Counted from the stretch's first letter, positions 9,456 through 17,365 are shown. The stretch: 64,000 bases of DNA from an uncultured Oscillospiraceae bacterium (GCA_964411275.1 CAYPKG010000004.1:672-64671), one strand, 5' to 3'. Numbers and translations: made by a program. The notes: generated by a model from the letters alone, not told the origin.

Positions 9456-9878
9456 TCACAGGCTTGTGCGTGCGTCGCAATATTCGCAAGCATAAAGCTT
9501 TTGTGTGGGGTCGACCAATGTAAACTGCACGTTTTCGATATATTCCTGATTGGAGATACAGCGCGGGTTTTTACATGTGAGGATGCCGTGTACCGTGTGG
9601 GGCAGGGAGAGATTGACCTTTTTGATCCGCTCTCCATCGCGTACATATGATACGGAGATGCCGGGATCAATAAGCCCCAGCACATCCATGTTTAGCTCCA
9701 AATTCGTCTCGATCTTGATGAGATCTTTTTTTCCCTTCTTGATGCTGTCCACGTTTCGCATGAGCACCACCACATCGTCAAGCTTATCCAGGCCCAGCTG
9801 CTTAAATATCTTGTAGCCCTGGCCCTGGGTAATATGGTCGATAACGATGCCCTCCTTTAATTTTGATACGTTGATCAT
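9456..9878 (-). CDS. pyrI: aspartate carbamoyltransferase regulatory subunit
   Basis: MINVSKLKEGIVIDHI N-terminus and a C-terminal zinc motif (CKNPRC...CEYC). AGGGAGG RBS before the ATG at 9878. Confidence 0.9.
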   Translation of the reverse strand: MINVSKLKEGIVIDHITQGQGYKIFKQLGLDKLDDVVVLMRNVDSIKKGKKDLIKIETNLELNMDVLGLIDPGISVSYVRDGERIKKVNLSLPHTVHGILTCKNPRCISNQEYIENVQFTLVDPTQKLYACEYCDARTSL

Positions 9879-9882
9879 GGCG

Positions 9883-10821
9883 TCATACCTCCCTTTCAAG
9901 GCCCAGCAGCAGCATGATAAGCGCCATGCGCACATACATGCCAAATTTTACCTGTTTAAAATAGACCGCTCTTGGATCGCTGTCGATCTCGGTGGGGATT
10001 TCATTGACACGGGGCAGGGGATGCATGATGATCATGTCTGGCTTTGCCAGCTGCAGCTTTTCTTTTGTGAGGATGAAAAAATCTCTAAGACGCAGGTATT
10101 CTTCCTCGCTGATAAACCGTTCCCGCTGCACCCTGGACATGTACAGCACGTCCAGTTTGGGGATGGCCGCCTCAAGATCGTTGGTTTCCTCATAGGGTAT
10201 GTTTTGACCCGCCACGGCGTATTTGACAAAAGAGGGCATCCGCAGCTCCTCTGGGGAAATGAACACGAATTTGATGTTTAGAAATCGAATGAGGCAGATA
10301 ACGAGTGAGTGGATGGTGCGCCCAAACTTCAAGTCTCCACATACGCCTATGGTCAGGTTGCCAACTTCGCCCTTAAAATGTCGGATCGCCATGAGATCGG
10401 TTAATGTCTGGGTGGGATGCTGGTGCCCTCCATCGCCGGCGTTGATGACGGGGCAGTCGGCGTGCCGGCTCATGAGCTTTGCGGTTCCTTCCTTGGGATG
10501 CCGCACGACGATCAGGTCGGCGTACTGGGATACGGTTTTCGCGCTGTCGGCGATTGTCTCACCCTTGGCCGTGCTGGAGGTGTTGGGATCGGAAAAACCC
10601 ACGACTTGTCCGCCCAAACGGTACATCGCCGTGTCAAAGGAAAACTTGGTGCGAGTCGAGGGCTCATAAAAAAGACTTGCCAGCACCTTACCCTTACATA
10701 CCGAAGAATACTTCGACGGCTCCTGGATAATATGGCTGGCAAGCTCTAACAAATCGTTGATCTCGCGAACGCTTAGGTCACCCGGTTCGATCAGGCATCG
10801 GGATGTTATCACACAACGCAC
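9883..10821 (-). CDS. pyrB: aspartate carbamoyltransferase catalytic subunit
   Basis: STRT and HPLPR signature motifs. The start is uncertain (GTG at 10821 or GTG at 10812). Confidence 0.9.
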   Translation of the reverse strand: MRCVITSRCLIEPGDLSVREINDLLELASHIIQEPSKYSSVCKGKVLASLFYEPSTRTKFSFDTAMYRLGGQVVGFSDPNTSSTAKGETIADSAKTVSQYADLIVVRHPKEGTAKLMSRHADCPVINAGDGGHQHPTQTLTDLMAIRHFKGEVGNLTIGVCGDLKFGRTIHSLVICLIRFLNIKFVFISPEELRMPSFVKYAVAGQNIPYEETNDLEAAIPKLDVLYMSRVQRERFISEEEYLRLRDFFILTKEKLQLAKPDMIIMHPLPRVNEIPTEIDSDPRAVYFKQVKFGMYVRMALIMLLLGLEREV

Positions 10822-10849
10822 GCCCCTTTCATATGCTTAAATCTTCAAT

Positions 10850-10878
10850 ATGATACAGGAAAGCGCAGGTTCTGTCAA
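10850..10878 (-). promoter_or_regulatory. sigma-A-type promoter of the pyr operon
   Basis: Minus strand TTGACA (10878-10873), 17-nt spacer, TATCAT (10855-10850). This leaves only a 25-30 nt leader. Confidence 0.6.
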
Positions 10879-10920
10879 GGACAACCCCGAATATCCTCGT
10901 ATTTATTTGAAATTTGACCC

Positions 10921-10948
10921 ATATTCATCATTCCCATGCGCATAGTAT
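10921..10948 (+). promoter_or_regulatory. possible mother-cell (sigma-E/K-like) promoter upstream of the SpoIID-like gene
   Basis: ATATT, 15 nt, then CATAGTAT resembles the ATATT / CATAcaaT sporulation-sigma pattern. Weak, pattern-only call. Confidence 0.25.
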
Positions 10949-11003
10949 AAAACAGCAAATATCGCCGTGCTTTTATGCGCGCGCAGATTGGAGAATAGCG
11001 CAA

Positions 11004-12515
11004 ATGGATCAGGGGATTTTAGTCGTCGCGGTAACAACACAACATAATGCCTTGCCGGTGAAAAACGCCGCAGTGGAGATTGCGGGGGAGGGGGAGACGC
11101 TTCAGGTCACCACCGACGCAAACGGCCGCACGCCGCGCATCGGCCTAAGAACGCCCAACCGGGATTTGAGCCTGGAGCCTGGAAGCGGCCAGAGCGCCTA
11201 CTCTACCTATCAGGTGACCGTCCGCGCGCCGGGGTACCAAACAATCGTTATTCGCGGCGTACAGGCCTTTGGCGGCGAGGAAATGATACTGCCGGTGGAC
11301 CTGACAGAGCTTTTTCTGGGGAGAGACCTCTCTGAGGGGGAGGAACTCGTCATTGACATACCGGAAAACACGCTGCTTGATACAGAAATGCGTACACCGG
11401 AAGCCCCTCTAGAACAGGAAGCGCAAAGCGATGCGCAGCCCATGCTGTTAAGGGCGCTCAGGGACGTGTACATCCCAGAGACCATTTCTGTGCATTTGGG
11501 CGCGCCGGCGGCCAATGCGCGAAATGTCAGCCTTAGCTTTCCTGAATACATCAAAAACGTTGCCAGCAGCGAGGTATACCCCACATGGCCGGAAAGCGCG
11601 CTAAGAGCAAATATTTACGCGCAAATCGGCGTCGCGCTCAACCGTATTTATACGGAATGGTACAGAAGCAGAGGATATAACTTTGATATCACAAATTCGC
11701 CCCGGTATGACCAGGCGTTTGTGGAGGGCCGGAATATCTACAAATCCATAAACGAGCTTGTGGATCAGATATTCAACGTTTATCCCCGCCGCCCAGGGCA
11801 TCAGGAGCCTTTGTTCGCCGCCTTTTGCAACGGCACAACCTCCACCTGCGCAGGGCTGTCCCAGTGGGGGACGGTAGGTCTGTCCAATCAGGGATATACC
11901 CCGCTGCAAATCCTGCGCTATTATTACGGCAACAACCTGGAGCTTGCCCAAACAAACGACATCCGGGCCATCGAGGAAAGCTATCCAGGATTTCTCCTGC
12001 GACGGGGCAGCGAAAACGAATATGTGCGGGAGATCCAGCAACAGCTGATCCGCATCAGGCGAAACTATCCGGGCATCCCCGCCATATCGTCTGCCACAGG
12101 CTATTTTGGCCCTGAGACGGAGGCTGCTGTGCGGTCGTTTCAAAGGCTGTTTGGCTTAAGCGCGGACGGTATTGTGGGCCGCGCCACCTGGTACCAGATC
12201 GCTTATATCTACGCGGCCGTTATGCGCCTTGCGGAGCTGGACAGCGAGGGCGTACCCCTGCCGGAGGGCGGCATAGAGTATCCGGGGACGCTGATACGCG
12301 AAGGCTCTCGGGGCGCAAACGTGCGCACGATCCAGCAGTGGCTTCAGGCTCTTTCCAGGAGGTACAGTCAAATTCCACATATCAGCGTTGACGGTATTTT
12401 CGGGCCGAATACCCGTGCCGCTGTTCGGGCGTTTCAACGGCTGTTCGGCCTAAGCGTGGACGGGATCGTCGGCCCCAGAACATGGGATTTGCTGTATCGG
12501 ACGTGGAGCAGCTAA
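11004..12515 (+). CDS. SpoIID/LytB-like domain protein with an N-terminal carboxypeptidase-regulatory-like domain and two C-terminal PG_binding_1 repeats
   Basis: The central region (CAGLSQWGTVGLSNQGYTPLQILRYYYG) resembles the SpoIID MSQYGA...ILkhYY motif. Two repeats of the form G.FGP.T..AVR.FQRLFGLS.DGIVG..TW. Start set to the ATG at 11004. Confidence 0.65.
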   Translation: MDQGILVVAVTTQHNALPVKNAAVEIAGEGETLQVTTDANGRTPRIGLRTPNRDLSLEPGSGQSAYSTYQVTVRAPGYQTIVIRGVQAFGGEEMILPVDLTELFLGRDLSEGEELVIDIPENTLLDTEMRTPEAPLEQEAQSDAQPMLLRALRDVYIPETISVHLGAPAANARNVSLSFPEYIKNVASSEVYPTWPESALRANIYAQIGVALNRIYTEWYRSRGYNFDITNSPRYDQAFVEGRNIYKSINELVDQIFNVYPRRPGHQEPLFAAFCNGTTSTCAGLSQWGTVGLSNQGYTPLQILRYYYGNNLELAQTNDIRAIEESYPGFLLRRGSENEYVREIQQQLIRIRRNYPGIPAISSATGYFGPETEAAVRSFQRLFGLSADGIVGRATWYQIAYIYAAVMRLAELDSEGVPLPEGGIEYPGTLIREGSRGANVRTIQQWLQALSRRYSQIPHISVDGIFGPNTRAAVRAFQRLFGLSVDGIVGPRTWDLLYRTWSS

Positions 12516-12541
12516 GGAAATCCCTATGCCTTTCATTATGC

Positions 12542-12571
12542 GAGGGCCGAGGCTGGTTTGCCGCGGCCCTC
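12542..12571. terminator. rho-independent terminator between convergent genes
   Basis: GAGGGCCG ... CGGCCCTC stem followed by AGAATTTTATTTT. Confidence 0.7.
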
Positions 12572-12585
12572 AGAATTTTATTTTC

Positions 12586-13677
12586 TTATTTCATCTTGAG
12601 ATTGTGGGTTTCATACCGGGTTTTGTCCATGCCATTATACCCGCGTACAATGACTTTGTCAGGCAAATCCTGCGCAGCGGAAATCGAGTCCTTCTGGATA
12701 TAATGGTTCTCATCTATCTGCTCGATGTGAGCGGCGCCCGCCGCACCGTTAGGCAGGCGGTTGTCGTTCTCGTCAAGGAACTCAAACCACAACCCGTTTT
12801 CGGTTTTCAAAAACTTTTCCTGGTCGATGACGGAAAATTCGATCTCAGTATAAATCGCCATGGGGGTTCCGGTCATCGTGATCTTGTCGATACGAACGCC
12901 GCAGTCCTCATAATCCGCGCTTTCCACGTTTGTGATTGATGGATAATCGTCCATATTTTGCAGTGTAAAGGAAAGTTCCATTGTCTGTTCGTTTTTCATG
13001 TCTATATCATCTTCAAGAAATGGAGCTACGCCGCATCGCAAGTCCCACTCGCTGTTATTAGCAGCCTCTGGCCGGCCGTTTATCATATAAACAAGTGTTC
13101 CGTCCTCTTCCAATACAAAATCAGCGGAATACAAGGGCAATTGTGTAATCCCAACCCAGGTATGCAGTGGCGTCTTATTGTTCGCCCGGGCATAATCCGC
13201 CACAGTTCCGCTTTTGTTGGCATATAGCGGGCCCAAATTTTCAAGGGGGTCAGAAAGCAGCGTGTCAACACCCAACAATAGATAATCAGGGTTATTGGGC
13301 CGTATTTCCACTACGATATATGCGCTTTGCCCATCAAACACGCCTTCACGCACCTTAAAACTGGCCAATTCCAATGTATCATTCGTTTCCTGGGGGATAT
13401 CCCGTTGTACAATATCGATATCCGGCGAGACATGTACATTTGATCGTCTGCCTTTTAGAAAATCCAATATCCCCCATGTATTTGTTGCAGCCAGCGCAGT
13501 TGTGGCAACGATCAAAAAACAGGCGCAAACAACGGCAATACTCAATCGTTTCCTTGTATGTTTCATCGGTCTTACTTTCTCACTTTCTTGAAGCGCCGCC
13601 AGGGTGCGGAATACGTTTCTTTGAAAGCTGTCGTCAGATGTGCCGAACGCGTTTTGAAAGTCGTCTATTTTCCGCAT
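12586..13677 (-). CDS. anti-sigma factor, DUF4179-type, single-pass membrane protein with a large extracytoplasmic domain
   Basis: Short cytoplasmic N-terminus, one TM helix (LSIAVVCACFLIVATTALA), about 290 aa outside. Overlaps the ECF sigma stop by 13 nt. GGGAGG RBS. Confidence 0.6.
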   Translation of the reverse strand: MRKIDDFQNAFGTSDDSFQRNVFRTLAALQESEKVRPMKHTRKRLSIAVVCACFLIVATTALAATNTWGILDFLKGRRSNVHVSPDIDIVQRDIPQETNDTLELASFKVREGVFDGQSAYIVVEIRPNNPDYLLLGVDTLLSDPLENLGPLYANKSGTVADYARANNKTPLHTWVGITQLPLYSADFVLEEDGTLVYMINGRPEAANNSEWDLRCGVAPFLEDDIDMKNEQTMELSFTLQNMDDYPSITNVESADYEDCGVRIDKITMTGTPMAIYTEIEFSVIDQEKFLKTENGLWFEFLDENDNRLPNGAAGAAHIEQIDENHYIQKDSISAAQDLPDKVIVRGYNGMDKTRYETHNLKMK

Positions 13678-14147
13678 GATTCTGTGACCTCCCATTCGAA
13701 ATATTTTTGTAGCGCGCGTCGTCCCCGCGACATCCGGGATTTCACCGTACCCTGAGGCACATGTAGTATTTGCGCGATTTCCTTTGTGGAATAGCCTTCC
13801 ATGTAATGCAGGAGGATAGGCAGACGGAAGTCTTCGTGGAGCCGCAATAACGCATCATGAAGCTCGGGATCGGCATCTGCGGGGGCCACCCGTTCCGGAA
13901 GCTCCGCATAGGGCGCTTCGCGTGTCCGCTTACGCTGGATGTTGTGACATTCGTTAATAAGAATGCGGATCACCCAGGTCTGAAAAAACCGTTCCTCTTT
14001 GAGCTGATGCCGCCGTTTCCAGGCTTTGCACAGGCATTCTTGAACGGCGTCGTCACGGTCGCAGGCCTGATAAAGCTGGGAATAGCTGATCCGATACAGC
14101 GTTTGTGTCAAAGCGATAATGCGGCTGGAAAACTCCTCGTTGGTCAA
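13665..14147 (-). CDS. ECF-type RNA polymerase sigma-70 family factor
   Basis: Region 2 (DAVQECLCKAWKR...FQTWVIRILINEC) and region 4 HTH (STKEIAQILHVPQGTVKSRMSRGR). The TTG at 14147 with a GGAGG RBS is the preferred start. Confidence 0.85.
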   Translation of the reverse strand: MTNEEFSSRIIALTQTLYRISYSQLYQACDRDDAVQECLCKAWKRRHQLKEERFFQTWVIRILINECHNIQRKRTREAPYAELPERVAPADADPELHDALLRLHEDFRLPILLHYMEGYSTKEIAQILHVPQGTVKSRMSRGRRALQKYFEWEVTESCGK

Positions 14148-14183
14148 ATCCTCACCTCCCTGACTAGTTTGACCGGTCAATGA

Positions 14184-14212
14184 TTAGACCATGATAGGCG
14201 GGCAATGGTTCC
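14184..14212 (-). promoter_or_regulatory. candidate ECF-type autoregulated promoter
   Basis: Minus strand GGAACC (14212-14207), 17-nt spacer, GTCTAA (14189-14184). Fits the generic ECF GGAAC...CGTCT pattern, about 35 nt before the sigma start. Confidence 0.45.
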
Positions 14213-14356
14213 CGTAAAAATCTTATTAAATAAAAGCGGGCATTGCTGTCCGCACATGGGGGAAGGCCGACAAACGATGCAATCGTCCGAGGTTGCAGCC
14301 GCATGGAAAGCCCACCGCAGTGACCCCGTCGGCAAGGCCAAGGCCTTGTCCATGGT

Positions 14357-15451
14357 TTATGTTTCGCTCCCTGGCGTTGGCGCTGGAGGGGGGGAGGGGG
14401 GGGACTCATCGTCTTCCCTCAGCTTGATGGCATGGGCGGCGATACGCCGGTGATCCTTTTTGATGTCCGCGTAATGCTTTCTCGTGGTATTTACATCCTT
14501 GTGCCCAAGGACATCCGCCACAAGATAGATATCCCCGGTTTCCTGATACAGCATGGTGCCGTAGGTACTGCGCAGCTTATGAGGAGATATTTTCTTCAGA
14601 GGCGCAGCCACCGAGGCGTATTTTTTCACGATGTTTTCTACCGCCCGGGCGGAAATCCGCTTTTTTTGAAGGGATAAAAACATGGCGTTTTCGTGTCCCT
14701 CCAAGGGTTGTACTGTTTCCCGCTCCAGCATGTAATGGAGCATGGCTGTGCGCACCTCCGGCCCAAATGCCAGCTGATCCTGATCGCCGCCTTTGCGTGT
14801 GATGAGAAACATGTTGTTGACAAAGTCGAAATGCTCCACGTCAATGCCCACAAGCTCGCTGATACGGATGCCGGTACCTAAAAATAGCGTAAGGATGGCC
14901 GCATCCCGAACCTTTGTATATCCATGATACCGCTTTTGCACAGTGGAGAGGCCGCTGCCCGCTTCCACAATGTCCAGGAGATCCGCCACCTCATTGGGCT
15001 CCAGATATACTTTCGCTTTTTCATGAAGCTTTGGGATGTCTACCAGCGCTGCCACATTTGCCGGAAGCATTTCTTTTTTATAGAAATATTTAAAAAATGA
15101 GCGCAGCGTGGATAGCTTTCGCGCCTTTGCCCGCTCGTTGTTTACAATTTCCCGATCATCTTTGCTGTACAGGCTCATATGCTCCAAAAACAGCTCGATA
15201 TCCAGCGCCCGCACCCGCCCAATATCCGAAAGGCTTAATTCTTTACTGTCCCGGCCCACAAAACCATCAACCTCCGCCGTCAAAAACAGAAAAAATGTCT
15301 TCAAATCCACCGCGTATCCGTAGCGGGTGAGAACAGAGGTCTGGCTTTCAATACCTCGAAAAAACGTGGCGCAGCAGGAGGGAAGCTCCGTTAGCAGCCC
15401 CCGGATTTTTTGCGTGTACTTTTTGTTTTTTTCCGTGTGATAACTTGCCAT
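14357..15451 (-). CDS. tyrosine recombinase, XerS/XerC-like with an extended N-terminal domain
   Basis: Catalytic set R (GIRISEL), HKLRSTY, LGHKDVNTT, RKHY, plus an ITRKGG motif. The first ATG is at 15451; the ORF-track TTG is at 15496. Pro-rich C-terminal tail is encoded by C7/C8 runs. Confidence 0.8.
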   Translation of the reverse strand: MASYHTEKNKKYTQKIRGLLTELPSCCATFFRGIESQTSVLTRYGYAVDLKTFFLFLTAEVDGFVGRDSKELSLSDIGRVRALDIELFLEHMSLYSKDDREIVNNERAKARKLSTLRSFFKYFYKKEMLPANVAALVDIPKLHEKAKVYLEPNEVADLLDIVEAGSGLSTVQKRYHGYTKVRDAAILTLFLGTGIRISELVGIDVEHFDFVNNMFLITRKGGDQDQLAFGPEVRTAMLHYMLERETVQPLEGHENAMFLSLQKKRISARAVENIVKKYASVAAPLKKISPHKLRSTYGTMLYQETGDIYLVADVLGHKDVNTTRKHYADIKKDHRRIAAHAIKLREDDESPPSPPPAPTPGSET

Positions 15452-15499
15452 TTTTTCAGAGGAACCTTTTATGGTTCCAAGCCTCCAATTTTCCAAGGT

Positions 15500-15530
15500 T
15501 AATTGTAAACCAATGGGAGGTTTACAATTA
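15500..15530. repeat. perfect 31-bp palindrome TAATTGTAAACC-N7-GGTTTACAATTA immediately upstream of the recombinase gene
   Basis: 12-bp arms at 15500-15511 and 15519-15530 with a 7-nt spacer, read directly from the sequence. Confidence 0.9.
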
Positions 15531-15847
15531 GAGAGGGGAGCGCCATACGGGCTATGTGGGGGACTACAGATCCCCCCACGGTTATTCGGAAAAAACTACC
15601 GTCGCCCTGGCTGGCCGTAAGGACAATTCACGTTACGCCATTTACACAAATCCCATGCGTTTTACGATGGACGGTCAGTGCGCCCCTATATGGGTTGAAA
15701 ATGAATACTCGCGCTCTTTTGCATAACTTTGTATGGAACAATTCCCAAGCCGTTGTACAAAATTTTAATTCAACCATTGCAGGGGATGCCCGGCGCCCAG
15801 TCAGGGACAGACCATATCCGTCTTATATGCTCCTTACCGCATACTTC

Positions 15848-15876
15848 ATTATACCACTACTATTCGTTAAAGACAA
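15848..15876 (-). promoter_or_regulatory. strong extended -10 promoter pointing toward the recombinase gene
   Basis: Minus strand TTGTCT (15876-15871), 17-nt spacer, TGgTATAAT (15856-15848). Confidence 0.55.
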
Positions 15877-15889
15877 GTTTAACGAATAG
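15860..15889. repeat. perfect 30-bp palindrome CTATTCGTTAAA-N6-TTTAACGAATAG overlapping the -35 element
   Basis: 12-bp arms with a 6-nt loop. No U-tract on the minus strand, so it is a poor rnhA terminator; operator-like. Confidence 0.85.
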
Positions 15890-15931
15890 TATTAAGGGAT
15901 TATTTTAAGAAATTCTTTTTTAAGGCGGCGG

Positions 15932-16387
15932 TCAAGTAAAAGACGCCCCTTTTTTCATGCTTTTGATGGCGCCACGGGCCAATTCATCGCAGCGGTTGTT
16001 CCACTGGTTGGTGCTGTGGCCCTTAACCTTGTTCCATTGAATTTGATGCAAATGAGACAGCCGCAAAAGCTGCTGCCACAGGTCCTGATTTTCCACCGGC
16101 TGTTTTTTCACATTATGCCAGCCGTTGCGCTGCCAGTTATCGATCCAACCTTCTTTGAACGCGTTGCACAAATACGCGCTGTCCGTGTACAGCATTACTT
16201 CGCAAGGCTCTTTGAGCATATTCAGCGCGCTGATGGCCGCCTGCAGCTCCATGCGGTTGTTGGTGGTTTCCGGTTCGCCGCCGGATATTTCTTTTTTATG
16301 CTCTTTATAAAACAGCACGGCGCCCCAGCCGCCTGGGCCGGGATTGCCTGAGCATGCGCCGTCTGTATAGATCGTAACCTGTTTCAT
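15932..16387 (-). CDS. rnhA: ribonuclease HI
   Basis: 151 aa, with IYTDGAC..NPGPGGWG, TNNRMEL and KVKGHS motifs. Confidence 0.9.
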   Translation of the reverse strand: MKQVTIYTDGACSGNPGPGGWGAVLFYKEHKKEISGGEPETTNNRMELQAAISALNMLKEPCEVMLYTDSAYLCNAFKEGWIDNWQRNGWHNVKKQPVENQDLWQQLLRLSHLHQIQWNKVKGHSTNQWNNRCDELARGAIKSMKKGASFT

Positions 16388-16390
16388 GTC

Positions 16391-17194
16391 TTAGCTTTGC
16401 CGCATGGCGATTGACTTTTCCACACAGGCGTTTACGGCGCTTAGCACAGCGTTGCGCAAGCCGTTTTTCTCAAGGGCTGCTACAGCCTCGATTGTGGAAC
16501 CGCCTGGCGAACAAACCGCGTCCTTTAATTCGCCGGGATGCCGCCCGGTTTCAAGCACCATTTTCGCGGCCCCAAGCATCGTCTGGGCTGCCAGCGTATA
16601 CGCCATATTTCTGGGCAATCCCGCGCGCACGCCGCCGTCGGCCATTGCCTCTAAAAACAGATAGCAATATGCAGGGCCGCTGCCGGAAACCCCGGTGACC
16701 GCGTCCATCAGATAGCTGGGCACCAGCTCCACCTTGCCGATGGCGGAAAACATCTCCTTTGCAAATACAAGTTCGTTTTCTGTGAGGGTGTGATCCGCAT
16801 CAAAAGCCATCATGCCCTCGCCTACCAGACAGGGCGTATTGGGCATAATCCTCATCACGCGGCAGCTTTCCGGGACAAGCGGCGCGATATCCTTCCGGCT
16901 CCAGCCCAGGACGATGGACAATAGCGCCTTGTTCTCAAGCGCCGTTCCGCATTCCATGAGAACGGATTTGAGTATGTTGGGCTTCACCGCCAATAGCACC
17001 ATGTCGCATGCTGAGATCATGGCAAAGCTGCTTTGTGCAGTCAAAACCCCGAGCTCCTGCTGCAAATCCGCAATTTTTTCTGTATTCAGGTCGAATACAT
17101 ATACGTTTTCAGGCGGCAGCATGTCCGCGCTGAGTATGCCTCTGAGGATGGCCTCCCCCATGTTTCCCGCGCCAATTATTCCAATTTTTATCAT
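16391..17194 (-). CDS. proC: pyrroline-5-carboxylate reductase
   Basis: N-terminal Rossmann motif IGIIGAGNMG and C-terminal SPGGSTIEA motif. Confidence 0.9.
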   Translation of the reverse strand: MIKIGIIGAGNMGEAILRGILSADMLPPENVYVFDLNTEKIADLQQELGVLTAQSSFAMISACDMVLLAVKPNILKSVLMECGTALENKALLSIVLGWSRKDIAPLVPESCRVMRIMPNTPCLVGEGMMAFDADHTLTENELVFAKEMFSAIGKVELVPSYLMDAVTGVSGSGPAYCYLFLEAMADGGVRAGLPRNMAYTLAAQTMLGAAKMVLETGRHPGELKDAVCSPGGSTIEAVAALEKNGLRNAVLSAVNACVEKSIAMRQS

Positions 17195-17235
17195 GGGATA
17201 CGCTCCTTTCCGGTTTAAAATAGGCTGATTATATT

Positions 17236-17260
17236 AAGAAAACCCACCCGTCTGGGTGGG
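17236..17260 (-). terminator. rho-independent terminator downstream of tRNA-Trp
   Basis: Minus strand CCCACCC-aga-CGGGTGGG followed by TTTTCTT. Confidence 0.7.
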
Positions 17261-17267
17261 CCGATTA

Positions 17268-17341
17268 TGGCAGGGGCAGAAGGACTCGAACCCTCAAGAA
17301 CGGTTTTGGAGACCGCTATGTTACCATTACATCATGCCCCT
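17268..17341 (-). tRNA. trnW: tRNA-Trp (anticodon CCA), CCA end encoded
   Basis: 74-nt cloverleaf AGGGGCATGATGTAATGGTAACATAGCGGTCTCCAAAACCGTTCTTGAGGGTTCGAGTCCTTCTGCCCCTGCCA. Anticodon loop CTCCAAA; T-loop GGTTCGAGTCC. Confidence 0.92.
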
Positions 17342-17365
17342 ATATCCCTTTTTGCCAACGTGCAT

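Noticed and set aside
10822-10849. PyrR-type attenuator upstream of pyrB.
   Set aside because: The predicted promoter leaves a leader of only about 25-30 nt. There is no terminator/antiterminator pair, no PyrR-binding loop and no pyrR gene in the window.
15500-15530. Reading the palindrome as the chromosomal terminus dif site with confidence.
   Set aside because: Gene orientation stays predominantly minus on both sides, so there is no visible replichore switch in this window. The site is therefore reported only as a dif-like or operator candidate, pending whole-genome GC-skew.
15628-15777. 49-codon minus-strand ORF (MVELKFCTTAWELFHTKLCKRARVFIFNPYRGALTVHRKTHGICVNGVT) within the long leader of the recombinase gene.
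   Set aside because: No SD precedes the ATG (cccctgcaATG), and it matches no family I recognise. It is kept only as a possibility to test with Ribo-seq.
15554-15889. 111-aa plus-strand ORF filling the rnhA-recombinase intergenic region.
   Set aside because: There is no Shine-Dalgarno and no recognisable domain. Its composition is unlike neighbouring proteins, and it runs through both palindromes. The region is better explained as regulatory or non-coding.
12586-17341. Tyrosine recombinase about 1.8 kb from a tRNA gene, considered as a marker of an integrated island or prophage.
   Set aside because: rnhA and proC (housekeeping genes) sit between the tRNA and the recombinase. I found no direct repeat of the tRNA-Trp 3' end, and there are no phage, transposase or conjugation genes. 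The recombinase looks Xer-like rather than like a phage integrase.
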